Of a stretch of 64,000 bases of DNA, positions 8,549 through 17,594 are shown one piece after another. A program made the position numbers and the translations under genes. Below the pieces are notes generated by a model that was not told where the DNA came from, did no database searches, and worked only from the letters and a program-made list of their open reading frames with translations. Location of the stretch: contig CAYTEO010000001.1 of NCBI GenBank assembly GCA_964436825.1, positions 9,035 through 73,034 of the forward strand. The letters run 5' to 3'. This DNA is from an uncultured Fibrobacteraceae bacterium. GTDB taxonomy: Bacteria > Krumholzibacteriota > Krumholzibacteriia > LZORAL124-64-63. Each line of letters begins with the position of its first letter. Positions within the stretch are counted from its first letter, which is position 1.

Positions 8549-9178
8549 ATGCACGACCTGCCCACCCCACCCCCCGGCGGCTACCTGACCATCGCCACGC
8601 CCGGCGAGGCGGAGCTGCGCGTCCAGCGCTCCCGCTTCCTGGCCAGCATCGCGGCGGCGACGGACGAGGCGACCGCGCGGGAGCGGATCGCCGACGTCGC
8701 CCGCCGCTACCACGATTGCCGCCACGTCTGCTTCGCCTGGCGGCTGGGGCACGGCGCCGGGCTCCGGGAGGGTCGCAGCGACGCCGGCGAGCCGAGCGGG
8801 ACGGCCGGCGAGCCGATCCTGTCGGTCCTGCGCGGGGCAGGGGTCAGCGACGCCGTGGCCGTGGTGGCCCGCTACTTCGGCGGGATCAAGCTGGGGACGG
8901 GAGGTCTGGGTCGGGCCTACCGGGACGCCGCCGCCGCGGCCCTGGCCGAGGCCGGGCTGCGGGTCGTCGTTCCCGGGCGCGAGCTGGAGCTGACCCTCCC
9001 CTACGGCGACCAGAAGACGGTGCGCCGGCTGCTGGAGCGCCACGGCGGCCGGATCGTCGCCGAGCGCTATGACACCGCCGTCGCCTGGCGGGTCTGGCTG
9101 CCGCTGGCGGCGGCCGAACCCTTCCTGGCCTCCCTGGGCGAGGCGACCGCCGGACGCGCCGACGGGCGGACCGTCTAG
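8549..9178 (+). CDS. yigZ: IMPACT/YigZ family protein (UPF0029).
   Basis: 209 aa. RVQRSRFLA...HVCFAWRLG...ARYFGGIKLGTGGL motifs are characteristic of the YigZ/IMPACT N-domain. Confidence 0.8.
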   Translation: MHDLPTPPPGGYLTIATPGEAELRVQRSRFLASIAAATDEATARERIADVARRYHDCRHVCFAWRLGHGAGLREGRSDAGEPSGTAGEPILSVLRGAGVSDAVAVVARYFGGIKLGTGGLGRAYRDAAAAALAEAGLRVVVPGRELELTLPYGDQKTVRRLLERHGGRIVAERYDTAVAWRVWLPLAAAEPFLASLGEATAGRADGRTV

Positions 9179-9213
9179 GTCCGCCCGCCGTTTCACCGCA
9201 CCCTGGTCGGCCG

Positions 9214-10128
9214 TCAGGCGCTCAGGTCGGTCATGTCCTGGTAGTCGTGCATGTAGCGGAAGGTCTTCGAGTTGCGGATCTTGGCGAAGGCCTCCTCCTT
9301 GATCTGCCGGATGCGCTCGCGGGTCAGCCCCATGACCTGGCCGATCTCCTCGAGGGTCATCTCCTTCTCGCCGCCCAGGCCATAGTACATGCGCAGGACG
9401 CGGGCCTCGCGGGGCTTCAGGTCGCAGAGCATCCGCTCGATGCTCTCGCTGAGGTCCTCCGACAGGACGGCCGCGTCGGGGGCCCGGCTGCGGGTGTCCT
9501 CCAGGAAGTCCAGGTAGGTCGAGTCCTCGTCGTTGCCCACGAAGTCGTCCAGGAAGAAGTTGTCCTGCATCAGCGGCAGGGTGTCCTTCACCTCGTCGAC
9601 GGACAGGCCCAGCTTCTCGGCGATCTCCTCGGGGGTGGGCTTGCGGCGCAGCTTCTGCTGCAGCTCGCTGTTGGCCCGCTTGATCTGGTTGAGGACCCGG
9701 GCCCGGTTCAGCGGCATGCGGACGATCTTGGAGTGGTTGGCCAGGGCCGCCAGGATGGACTGGCGGATCCACCACACCGCGTAGCTGATGAACTTGTAGC
9801 CGCGGGTCTCGTCGAAGCGCTGGGCGGCCTTGAGCAGACCGAGGTTCCCCTCGTTGATCAGGTCCTCCAGGGGCACGCCGTAGTGGGCGTACTCCTTGGC
9901 GATGGAGACGACGAACCGCAGGTTCGAGTTGACGAGCTTGTGCAGCGCGGCCTCGTCGTTGCGGCGGATGCCGCGGGCCAGCTCGCACTCCTGTTCGCGG
10001 GTCAGCAGGGGAAAGGCCTTCACTTCCTGGAAGTACAGGTCCAGGTTCGACATCAGGCGGGCGCTCTCCCGTCGCTGGCGCGTCGGAGCCCTGCGCTCCC
10101 GGGTCGGCTTGCCAGTCTTGATGGCCAT
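9214..10128 (-). CDS. RNA polymerase sigma-70 family factor (RpoD/RpoS-like, regions 1.2-4).
   Basis: LDLYFQEVKAFPLLTREQE (region 1.2), FISYAVWWIRQSI (region 2.4), the region 3 linker and the region 4 HTH TLEEIGQVMGLTRERIRQIKEEA. Start at MAIKTGKP. Confidence 0.85.
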   Translation of the reverse strand: MAIKTGKPTRERRAPTRQRRESARLMSNLDLYFQEVKAFPLLTREQECELARGIRRNDEAALHKLVNSNLRFVVSIAKEYAHYGVPLEDLINEGNLGLLKAAQRFDETRGYKFISYAVWWIRQSILAALANHSKIVRMPLNRARVLNQIKRANSELQQKLRRKPTPEEIAEKLGLSVDEVKDTLPLMQDNFFLDDFVGNDEDSTYLDFLEDTRSRAPDAAVLSEDLSESIERMLCDLKPREARVLRMYYGLGGEKEMTLEEIGQVMGLTRERIRQIKEEAFAKIRNSKTFRYMHDYQDMTDLSA

Positions 10129-10392
10129 GCTCGTGTCCTCTTCGTGTTGCGGGGGTTTCGGACCGTTCCACCGGCTCTTCCGTCTGCGTTCCCTCACTCT
10201 TTACAAGAGGCATACCAGAATGAACGTGAGATAAAAAACCTGAAGCTGTCTTGATCTAACCCGTTACATTCATTCAAGATGCCGTGAGCGCCGACGAGTC
10301 CGTGAGGTTGCCGGAGAAGTGGCCGGCCGGCCGTGTTTCGACATTTTGTCAAGGCCGGCCGGGCGACCCCGTACATCGTGTCAACGGGACCT

Positions 10393-11790
10393 TCATCTCG
10401 TGATGCGGACCGTCCAGGTCACGGGGACGGTCCCCCCGGCGGGGACCGCAGCGGTGAACCTGGCCGTCCCGGCGGAAGGCTGTTCCCACTCCAGGTTGCT
10501 GGCAAGGATGCGCCATTCGCGGGCGTCGATGGCGACGTCCAGCTCGATGCGCGCCGTCTGCCCGGAACGGTTCCGCAGCTCCACCCGCCACTGCCGCTCG
10601 ACGGTCTTCTCTCCCCGGGGCCGCACGCCCAGCTCCGTCGCCTCGGCGACGAGGTCGAAGGCACGGCCCGTCCGCAGGGAGATCTTCTCGCCGACCGGCG
10701 TGTGGCCGATGCGGTCCTCCCCCAGCAACAGCCGGCCGCCGGCGTCCGTCCGGCCGTAGACCCGGACGACCCCGGCGGGCAGGGGCTGGCCCAGGCCGTT
10801 GCGCTCGGTGAGACGCAGCTCGTAGTTCACCATCACCGGCAGGTTCTGCGTCCCGCCGACGGGCCGGCTCCCGCCCCTGAGGAGGAGGCGTGCCCGGTAC
10901 CGCTTGGTGACGTCAACTCCCGCCGCCCGGAGCAGCGCCACCTGCTTGCTGCTGTTGTCGGGCAGGTCCGTCCGCCACGGGATGGTGTAGAGGTGGTAGT
11001 CGCCGGCCGTGGATTCCTGGACGAAGGAGGCGACATCCGGCGCCATGGCGGCTTCCACGCCGCGAACGAGCCGGCGGGGTTGCGGCGCCCGGTGGATCTC
11101 ACCCGCCAGGAGCATGATCTGCGCCCCGGCGTAGCTGGCGCCGCTGCGGTTCTCCAGGGTCACCCATCCCTGCAGGTCGGCCTCCTTCTCCGACGGCGCC
11201 AGCTGCAGGACGTAGTCGGCCGACCAGGAGAGGCCGCCGGTCAGGTAGGAGACGTCCAGGGACCGCTTCCCGGCCCGGTCGGCCGACAGGTCCCAGACGA
11301 GCGTGGGGCGGACCCGCAGGTCCGCCGGCAGCTCCGGCAGGGCCAGCCGGCCCGGCACATCGAAGACGATCTCACCGTCGATGCGGTAGACCGGGCCGCC
11401 GGCGAGCCCGACGAGCGTGCCGCGGATCCGCCGACCGTCCTCCTGGATCCAGGACAGCTCCTGGCCGACGTACTTCTCCAGGATCCTGTCGCGCGACAGG
11501 AGGTCGAACTCGTAATGCTGTTCCCTGACGACGAGGGGCAGACCGTCGGCGACCTCGACGATGAGGGTCCGGGGATCGATCCGGCCGGGGACGTCCAGGA
11601 ACTCCAGGACGCTCTCCCCCGCCGGCACCTCGACGGAGCGGGCCTCCTGGACCAGCCCCAGGTCCTGGTTCGTGACGGTGATCCGCAGATCACCGCGCTC
11701 CGCCGCGGTGCTGCGCAGGTTGCCGGCGGCCAGGGACGGAACGGCGAGCGCCAGCAGGATGGCCGTGTGGAGCAGTGATCGTTGCCGCAT
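10393..11790 (-). CDS. DUF4139/DUF4140 domain protein (MuiA-like), secreted.
   Basis: Start MRQRSLLHTAILLALAVPSLAA (signal) with a GGAGGG RBS. The architecture and length are typical of the DUF4139 family. Confidence 0.6.
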   Translation of the reverse strand: MRQRSLLHTAILLALAVPSLAAGNLRSTAAERGDLRITVTNQDLGLVQEARSVEVPAGESVLEFLDVPGRIDPRTLIVEVADGLPLVVREQHYEFDLLSRDRILEKYVGQELSWIQEDGRRIRGTLVGLAGGPVYRIDGEIVFDVPGRLALPELPADLRVRPTLVWDLSADRAGKRSLDVSYLTGGLSWSADYVLQLAPSEKEADLQGWVTLENRSGASYAGAQIMLLAGEIHRAPQPRRLVRGVEAAMAPDVASFVQESTAGDYHLYTIPWRTDLPDNSSKQVALLRAAGVDVTKRYRARLLLRGGSRPVGGTQNLPVMVNYELRLTERNGLGQPLPAGVVRVYGRTDAGGRLLLGEDRIGHTPVGEKISLRTGRAFDLVAEATELGVRPRGEKTVERQWRVELRNRSGQTARIELDVAIDAREWRILASNLEWEQPSAGTARFTAAVPAGGTVPVTWTVRITR

Positions 11791-11898
11791 GGTTCTCCCT
11801 CCTCGCGAAAGCGGACCCGGATCGGAACTCAAGGAACATCCCGGATTGCCGACGGTTCCCTAGCCGGCCGCCGCGACCGCCGGCAGGAGGTGTTCCCC

Positions 11899-12279
11899 TT
11901 GCATCCGACCGTGCTGATCGTCGACGACACCGAGCTGCTGCGCTTCCTGATGCGGGAGCTGCTGGACGAGCTTCCCCTGGGGCTGGTCGCCGGGGCCGGG
12001 ACGCCCGAGGAGGCGATCCGTCTGGCGCAGACCCTCGGTCCGGAGCTGATCGTCGTCGACTGGACGGGCCCGGTGGCGGCCGGTGAGCTGCTGGCCGTCC
12101 TGCGGCGGATCACCCCGGTGGCGAGGCTGGCGGCCGCGGTCCTGCACGCCGACGAGCGCAGCGCCGCGGCGGCCCGCCGGGCCGGCGCCGAGATCGTCCT
12201 CTGGAAGCCCTATTCCCGGGCAGAGACGCTGGCCGTCCTGGCGGAGGCACTCACCCCCCGGTCCCCCGCAGTCTGCTGA
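11899..12279 (+). CDS. Stand-alone response regulator receiver (CheY-like) domain protein.
   Basis: VLIVDDTELLRFLMRELL...LIVVDWTGP...LWKPYS receiver motifs. A TTG start is preceded by AGGAGG at a spacing of 8 nt. Confidence 0.55.
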   Translation: MHPTVLIVDDTELLRFLMRELLDELPLGLVAGAGTPEEAIRLAQTLGPELIVVDWTGPVAAGELLAVLRRITPVARLAAAVLHADERSAAAARRAGAEIVLWKPYSRAETLAVLAEALTPRSPAVC

Positions 12280-12342
12280 TCCCGACCCGCCCGCGACGAG
12301 AGCAAGGGACCCAGGCCGGAAGGGCCATCGGCGATCGGCCGA

Positions 12343-13131
12343 TCAGTCCAGCAGGAACAGGGCCACGATCCCCAGCGGGAAACAGTAGAGGGCGAAGCGC
12401 CAGAAGTGGCGCTGGACGACCAGCAGGGCCGTCAGGCGCAACGCCACCATCCCCACCAGGAAGGCCGCCAGGGCTGCGGCGACCAGGGCCACCGGCGTCG
12501 CCTGCGTCGCGGCGGCACCACCCTCGGCCAGTTCCAGGACCAGCGCCCCCAGGATGGCCGGCACCGAGAGCAGGAAACTGAACCTCGCCGCCTCCTCCCT
12601 CGCCAGCCCCAGCCAGAGGGAGGCGGCGATCGTCGCGCCCGAGCGGCTGATCCCCGGCACGATGGCGACCGCTTGCGCGGTACCGATCAGCAGCGCCTGC
12701 CCGGGGTGCGGCGCCACCGGGTGCCACGGCCCGGGCAGGCCGTGCTTCCCCCCCGCGCTGAAACGTGTCGACAGCAGGACCAGCCCGGTCAGCAGCAGGG
12801 CGAACGCCGCCAGGCGCGGGGCACCGAACAGCCGGTGGACGGTGTCGGAGAGGAAGACCCCCACCAGCCCGGCGGGAACGGTCCCCAGCGCCAGGGCCAC
12901 GAGGTACTGGACGGCGGGGGCATCGAACCGGAGCAGCCGCCGGATCTCGTGGCGGTAGACGGCCAGGACGGCCCCGAGGGTGCCCACGTGGAGGACGACG
13001 TCGACGAGCATGTCGCCCTGATAGACATCGAGCCAGCGCTGGAGCAGGACCAGGTGACCGGAACTGCTGACGGGCAGGAACTCGGTCAATCCCTGGACGA
13101 CGGCCAGGAGCAACAGATCGAACAGGACCAA
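12343..13131 (-). CDS. uppP: Undecaprenyl-diphosphatase (BacA/UppP).
   Basis: 262 aa with 8 TM helices. Conserved GLTEFLPVSSSGHL and PGISRSGATI motifs. Confidence 0.85.
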   Translation of the reverse strand: MVLFDLLLLAVVQGLTEFLPVSSSGHLVLLQRWLDVYQGDMLVDVVLHVGTLGAVLAVYRHEIRRLLRFDAPAVQYLVALALGTVPAGLVGVFLSDTVHRLFGAPRLAAFALLLTGLVLLSTRFSAGGKHGLPGPWHPVAPHPGQALLIGTAQAVAIVPGISRSGATIAASLWLGLAREEAARFSFLLSVPAILGALVLELAEGGAAATQATPVALVAAALAAFLVGMVALRLTALLVVQRHFWRFALYCFPLGIVALFLLD

Positions 13132-13158
13132 GGTACACCTCTGGGTCGGGAGCCGTTG

Positions 13159-14007
13159 TCAATCGCCCCGCTGACGGGCCAGCCGGTAATGGACCCGCGC
13201 CTCGCGCGGCATCAGCAGTGCGTCGTAAGTCAGCGCCAGCTGGTAGTGCAGGCGACTGTCGTCGGGAAACGAGTCCAGGGCTCGCTGGAGCGCCTGCAGG
13301 GCCTCCTCGTAGCGGGTCAGCTTGTGAAGGCACACCCCCATGTGGAAGTGCGCCCGGGCGAGCCGCTCGTCGAGCCCCAGGGCGCGGCGGAAACGCTCCA
13401 CCGCCCTGGCGTAGAGCCCCTTGCGCATCAGCGTCAGGGCGGCGTAGTAGACGGGCAGGGCCGCATGGGGATCCAGCTCGCCGCTGTGCTCGAAACAGGC
13501 GAGCGCCGCGTCCAGTTCCTCTTCCGCCAGGTGGACCAGGCCGAGGCTGTGGTACCCCTCGGCGTCGGGGCGGGCGGCGATGGCGGCCTCGAAGCAGCGG
13601 ATCGCCTCGCGTGTCCGACCGTCCTCGGCGTAGAGCGCTCCCAGGTTGTGGAGCGCCTCGACGTTCCGCTGGTCGATCAACAGCGCCTTCTGGTACATCT
13701 GCATCGCCTCGTCGCGACGCCCCAGGGCGTCCAGGACGGTCCCCAGGTTCGTCCAGGCGCGCGTGTCGTCCCCGTCGAGGGCGAGCGTGCTGCGGAACCA
13801 TTGCCTGGCACCGTCCAGATCGCCCAGCTTGCGCAGGACACACCCCAGCCGGTAGTGGTACTCCGGTTCCGTGTCGCGCAGGCCGATGGCCCGCAGGTAC
13901 GCCGCGCGGGCGCCCTCCAGGTCGCCGCCGCGCTCGAGGGCGAACCCCTGTTCGTAGAGTTCGCCTGCCGTCGGCCCCACGTTGTCCGTCCTGATGTCGC
14001 CGTCCAT
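13159..14007 (-). CDS. TPR repeat protein.
   Basis: Multiple 34-aa TPR units (..A...Y..AL..DP..A.A...LG..). Start assignment is uncertain; the ORF extends to 14124. Confidence 0.55.
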   Translation of the reverse strand: MDGDIRTDNVGPTAGELYEQGFALERGGDLEGARAAYLRAIGLRDTEPEYHYRLGCVLRKLGDLDGARQWFRSTLALDGDDTRAWTNLGTVLDALGRRDEAMQMYQKALLIDQRNVEALHNLGALYAEDGRTREAIRCFEAAIAARPDAEGYHSLGLVHLAEEELDAALACFEHSGELDPHAALPVYYAALTLMRKGLYARAVERFRRALGLDERLARAHFHMGVCLHKLTRYEEALQALQRALDSFPDDSRLHYQLALTYDALLMPREARVHYRLARQRGD

Positions 14008-14147
14008 GGGGCGCAGAGTAAAACCTGCGTCTTCACCGGTCAATTCAATGTCGACCAGACCGCTCAAGCCCCCGCGCCCGGGGCCGATGAAGACACAAAG
14101 AGCAGCAACGACCCACTGGACCACGCCACCACGGGGGGACGACGAAG

Positions 14148-14600
14148 ATGCCAGCGACGCACACCAACACCGACCGCATCCTCAGGGAGATGTTCGCCCG
14201 GCTGTTGAACCTGGAGGTCCGGCCCGACGTGACCGAGAAGCTGCTGCCGGTCATCGACGGCGTCATCGCCCGGATCCGCGACGACCTGGACCTGGACACC
14301 GTCCAGGGGCAGAACATGCTGCGGGCGGTCATGTGCTCGATGGTCGCCCACGGCTGGGGCCTGGGGATGCACCCGTTCAACAACCCCTCCGAGACCCTCG
14401 ACGGCAAGACCCTGGAGGTCCGCGTCAGCAAGGACATCCTGATGCCGCTGAACGACCTGCGCTCGCTGCGCTACGTCAAGAAGGATGCCCAGGGACGCGT
14501 GAAGAAGGCCCTGTTCGAGCCCGACCAGAACGCCCGCATCCGGCAGCACATCGAGTCGATCCTCGCCGACGTCGGCAAGCGGTGGGAAGAGGACGATTGA
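14148..14600 (+). CDS. Hypothetical protein (150 aa). Clean high-GC codon usage and no recognisable domain.
   Basis: Complete ORF with strong GC3 bias and no low-complexity R/G/P artifact signature. Convergent with the zinc-ribbon gene. Confidence 0.5.
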   Translation: MPATHTNTDRILREMFARLLNLEVRPDVTEKLLPVIDGVIARIRDDLDLDTVQGQNMLRAVMCSMVAHGWGLGMHPFNNPSETLDGKTLEVRVSKDILMPLNDLRSLRYVKKDAQGRVKKALFEPDQNARIRQHIESILADVGKRWEEDD

Positions 14601-14618
14601 CCGGCCACCCCGCAGCGT

Positions 14619-14646
14619 GACGCCGCACCCGGGCGGGTGCGGCGTC
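14619..14646. terminator. Perfect 12-bp GC-rich inverted repeat (GACGCCGCACCC-GGGC-GGGTGCGGCGTC) between convergent genes. Candidate bidirectional terminator.
   Basis: Seen directly in the sequence. Lies between the end of 14148..14600(+) and the end of 14689..15156(-). No U-tract. Confidence 0.35.
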
Positions 14647-14688
14647 GCGGTGTCCGGCGGCAGGGGCCCGGCGGGTCCGGTCCCCTGC

Positions 14689-15156
14689 TCACCGCTCGGG
14701 AAGAACGATCCCCAGGCAGCGGGACACCGCCTGCCGGAACAGCGGCGCCGGATCCTCCACCTCGTCGCCGACCCGCGGCAGCCAGTGGCGCCAGGCAGCC
14801 GCCAGCTCGTCTGCCAGCAGGATCCAGCCGTCGACGCGCCGCCGGGCCCGCTCCACCACCTCCGGGTGATAGACGACGATGTCGTCCAGCAGGGCGTCGG
14901 CCAGCCGCAGCGGCCAGTCCTGCCGCCCGGTCGCCTCCGTCACCGGGGTGCCGGACGCCTCCGGCGCGGTCGTCCCCCTCACGGAGCGGACCGCCGCCGG
15001 CACGTCGAACGGCAGGCCGCAGCCGGGACAGCGCACCCGCAGCCGACGCCGGGGCGCGATGCCGTCGGGAAGGCGGTAGACGGCGTGGCAGTGGGGACAG
15101 ATCAGTTCCAATTCGGTCACCTCGCGGCGGGGAGCGTCCTCTCTCCCCTTCCCCAT
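14689..15156 (-). CDS. MJ0042-type zinc-ribbon domain protein.
   Basis: N-terminal CPHC...CPGC zinc-ribbon pair (ICPHCHAVYRLP...VRCPGCGLPF). Start at MGKGRED. Confidence 0.5.
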   Translation of the reverse strand: MGKGREDAPRREVTELELICPHCHAVYRLPDGIAPRRRLRVRCPGCGLPFDVPAAVRSVRGTTAPEASGTPVTEATGRQDWPLRLADALLDDIVVYHPEVVERARRRVDGWILLADELAAAWRHWLPRVGDEVEDPAPLFRQAVSRCLGIVLPER

Positions 15157-15220
15157 CGACCCCCGCGGCGCCGACTTGACCCTCGACCCGCACGATCCGC
15201 GGCAGACCGACGGCGCGGGG

Positions 15221-17305
15221 TCAACCCACCCCGCCGGTGACGAGCCAGCGTGCCGCCGTCTCGTCCAGTCCCTGCCGCAGGACGGCGTGGGCGGGGTCGA
15301 GCAGCTGCTCGTCGGCGGCCAGGATCCGCTGCACGTCCGCGGCGGCCGCCTGCACGAGATCGGCGTCCCGCAGGGGATTGGCGAACCGGAAGCCCGGGGC
15401 CCCGTGCTGGCGGACGCCGTGCAGATCCCCCGGTCCGCGCAGACGCAGGTCCTCCTCGGCCAGTCGGAAACCGTCGTGGGTCCGCGCGAACATGGCCAGG
15501 CGCTGCCCGCTCTGGGCGGCCACCTCCTGGTCGACGACGAGCAGGCAGACGGCCTGCCGCTCCCCCCGACCGACCCTGCCCCGCAGCTGGTGGAGCTGGG
15601 CCAGGCCGAACCGTTCGGGGTTGTGGATGACGATGACCGTGGCACCCGGCACGTCGATCCCCACCTCGACGACCGTCGTCGCCACCAGCAGACGCAGTTC
15701 CCCCGCCGCGAAGTCGGTCATGATCCGCTGTTTCTCCGCGGCCGGCAACCGGCCGTGGAGCAGGCCGATCCGCTGGCCCCGCAGCGGTCCCTCCCGCAGG
15801 CGCGCGAACTCCGCCTCGGCGGCGCGCAGGTCCTGGCTCTCGGTCTCCTCGATGACCGGGACGACGACGAAGGCCTGCCGCCCCCGCTCCAGCTGCTGCG
15901 CCAGGTAGCGGTCGACCTCCCCGAGGCGGTGCTCCGGGACGATACGGGTCGTCACCGGGCGGCGGCCCGCCGGCAGCTCGTCGATGAGCGAGAGAGCCAG
16001 GTCCCCGTAGAGGGTCATGGCCAGGCTGCGCGGGATCGGCGTGGCGCTCATCACCAGCAAGTGGGGCGGGACCGGCTGCGCGCCCGCCTGGACGGCGCGC
16101 GTCCGCTGGCGGACACCGAAGCGGTGCTGCTCGTCGACGACGGCCAGGCCGAGGGAGCGGAAGGCGACGTCGTCCTGCAGGACGGCATGCGTGCCCACCA
16201 GCAGGTCGATCTCCCCGCCGGCCAGATCGGCCAGCAGCCGGCGGCGATCGGCGGCGGGGGTCCCTCCGGTCAGGGTCTCGACGCGGACCCCGACCGCCTC
16301 GCAGAGCCGCCGCGCCGTCTCCCCGTGCTGCCGGGCCAGGACCTCGGTGGGCGCCATCAGCAGCGCCTGGTGTCCCTGCTCGATGACGAACAGAGCGGCG
16401 ATCAGGGCCACCAGCGTCTTGCCGCAGCCCACGTCCCCCTGCAGGAGCCGGTGCATGGCCCGGCCGCTGCGCATGTCGTGGAGGATCTCTGCCAGGACGC
16501 GACGCTGGGCACCGGTCAGGGCGAACGGCAGCGCCGCGACGAAGCGCGTCGTCAGGTCGCCCGGCGGCCCGAGCCGCAGGCCGGCCCCCCGCTGCCGCTC
16601 CCGCCGGCGCAGCGCCAGCAGGAGCCGCAGCTGGAAGAGTTCCTCGTAGACCAGCCGCCGCCGCGCCGCCGCGTAGGCCTCGACCGAGTCGGGGAAGTGG
16701 AGCTGGCGCAGGGCCTCGCCGCGGGGCAGCAGCCCCCTGGCGTCGCGCAGCGCCGCGGGCAGGGTCTCCGTCAGCGCGGGGGCGAGCTGTTCGAGGGTGG
16801 CGTGGACGAGCCGGCGCAGCCAGTGCTGGCCGATCCCCGCGGTCAGGGGGTAGATGGGCACGAGCCGGCCGCTGTGGAGCGTCTCCGCCTCCCTGTCCAG
16901 GATCTCCAGGTCGGGATGGACGACCTGCAGGCGTCCCTGCCAGCGCTGACAGCGGCCGCTGACCAGGACACGCGTCCCGCTGCGAAGCTGCTTCAGGATC
17001 CAGGTGCTCCGGAACCAGACGCAGAACAGGACGCCCGTCCCGTCGCCCACGCTGACGGTCTGGATCGTCCGCCGGCCCGCCGTCCGGCGCTCCCCCGCCG
17101 TCAGGACCGTCCCCTGGACGGTGACGTCGGCGCCGGGGACCAGCCCGCCGATCGGCACGACGCGGCTGCGGTCCAGGTATCCCCGCGGCGCGTGCAGGAG
17201 CAGGTCGCCGGCGGTGGCGATCCCGAGGCGGGCCAGCGCCCTGGCCCGGACGGGACCGACCCCCTTGAGAAACTGGACCGGGGTCTCCCACGTCAGCGGC
17301 GGCAC
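15221..17305 (-). CDS. recG: ATP-dependent DNA helicase RecG.
   Basis: 694 aa. Wedge domain, then the SF2 helicase Walker A GDVGCGKT, DEQHRFG (DEAH-like) and the C-terminal HQLRGRVGRG motif. Confidence 0.9.
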   Translation of the reverse strand: MPPLTWETPVQFLKGVGPVRARALARLGIATAGDLLLHAPRGYLDRSRVVPIGGLVPGADVTVQGTVLTAGERRTAGRRTIQTVSVGDGTGVLFCVWFRSTWILKQLRSGTRVLVSGRCQRWQGRLQVVHPDLEILDREAETLHSGRLVPIYPLTAGIGQHWLRRLVHATLEQLAPALTETLPAALRDARGLLPRGEALRQLHFPDSVEAYAAARRRLVYEELFQLRLLLALRRRERQRGAGLRLGPPGDLTTRFVAALPFALTGAQRRVLAEILHDMRSGRAMHRLLQGDVGCGKTLVALIAALFVIEQGHQALLMAPTEVLARQHGETARRLCEAVGVRVETLTGGTPAADRRRLLADLAGGEIDLLVGTHAVLQDDVAFRSLGLAVVDEQHRFGVRQRTRAVQAGAQPVPPHLLVMSATPIPRSLAMTLYGDLALSLIDELPAGRRPVTTRIVPEHRLGEVDRYLAQQLERGRQAFVVVPVIEETESQDLRAAEAEFARLREGPLRGQRIGLLHGRLPAAEKQRIMTDFAAGELRLLVATTVVEVGIDVPGATVIVIHNPERFGLAQLHQLRGRVGRGERQAVCLLVVDQEVAAQSGQRLAMFARTHDGFRLAEEDLRLRGPGDLHGVRQHGAPGFRFANPLRDADLVQAAAADVQRILAADEQLLDPAHAVLRQGLDETAARWLVTGGVG

Positions 17306-17331
17306 CGGTTTCCTCCCCAGGTGAAAAGGAC

Positions 17332-17360
17332 TTGCCGGGTGGCGGGGCTCATGTTAGATT
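17332..17360 (+). promoter_or_regulatory. Candidate sigma-70 promoter for rpmB (TTGCCG-17 nt-TAGATT).
   Basis: -35-like and -10-like hexamers with a 17-nt spacer, about 40 nt upstream of the rpmB ATG, in the divergent recG/rpmB region. Confidence 0.3.
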
Positions 17361-17399
17361 CCTCGATCTGTGAATGCAATCCCGGGAGGACGCGACGCC

Positions 17400-17591
17400 A
17401 TGAGCAGGAAATGCACGATCTGCGGCAAGGGGCCCCAGTACGGCAACAGGGTCAGCCATGCCCACAACCTGACCCGACACCGCTGGCTGCCCAACCTGCA
17501 GAAGATCAAGTTCGAGCTGGACGGCAAGGTGCAGCGGGGCTACGTGTGCACCCGTTGTCTGCGGACCGGCCACGTCCGCAAGGTCGTCTGA
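17400..17591 (+). CDS. rpmB: 50S ribosomal protein L28.
   Basis: [34 protein letters not shown] matches the L28 family. GGGAGGA RBS. Confidence 0.85.
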   Translation: MSRKCTICGKGPQYGNRVSHAHNLTRHRWLPNLQKIKFELDGKVQRGYVCTRCLRTGHVRKVV

Positions 17592-17594
17592 GCC

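Noticed and set aside
9179-9213. Possible terminator between yigZ and the sigma gene (GGGCGGACC-GTCTAG-GTCCGCCC hairpin spanning the yigZ stop).
   Set aside because: Short, it overlaps the coding end, and it has no U-tract. Plausible but too weak to call as a feature.
12406-14208. 600-aa ORF on the plus strand across uppP and the TPR gene.
   Set aside because: Antisense to two well-supported genes. Composition is Q/G/R/D-rich without motifs.
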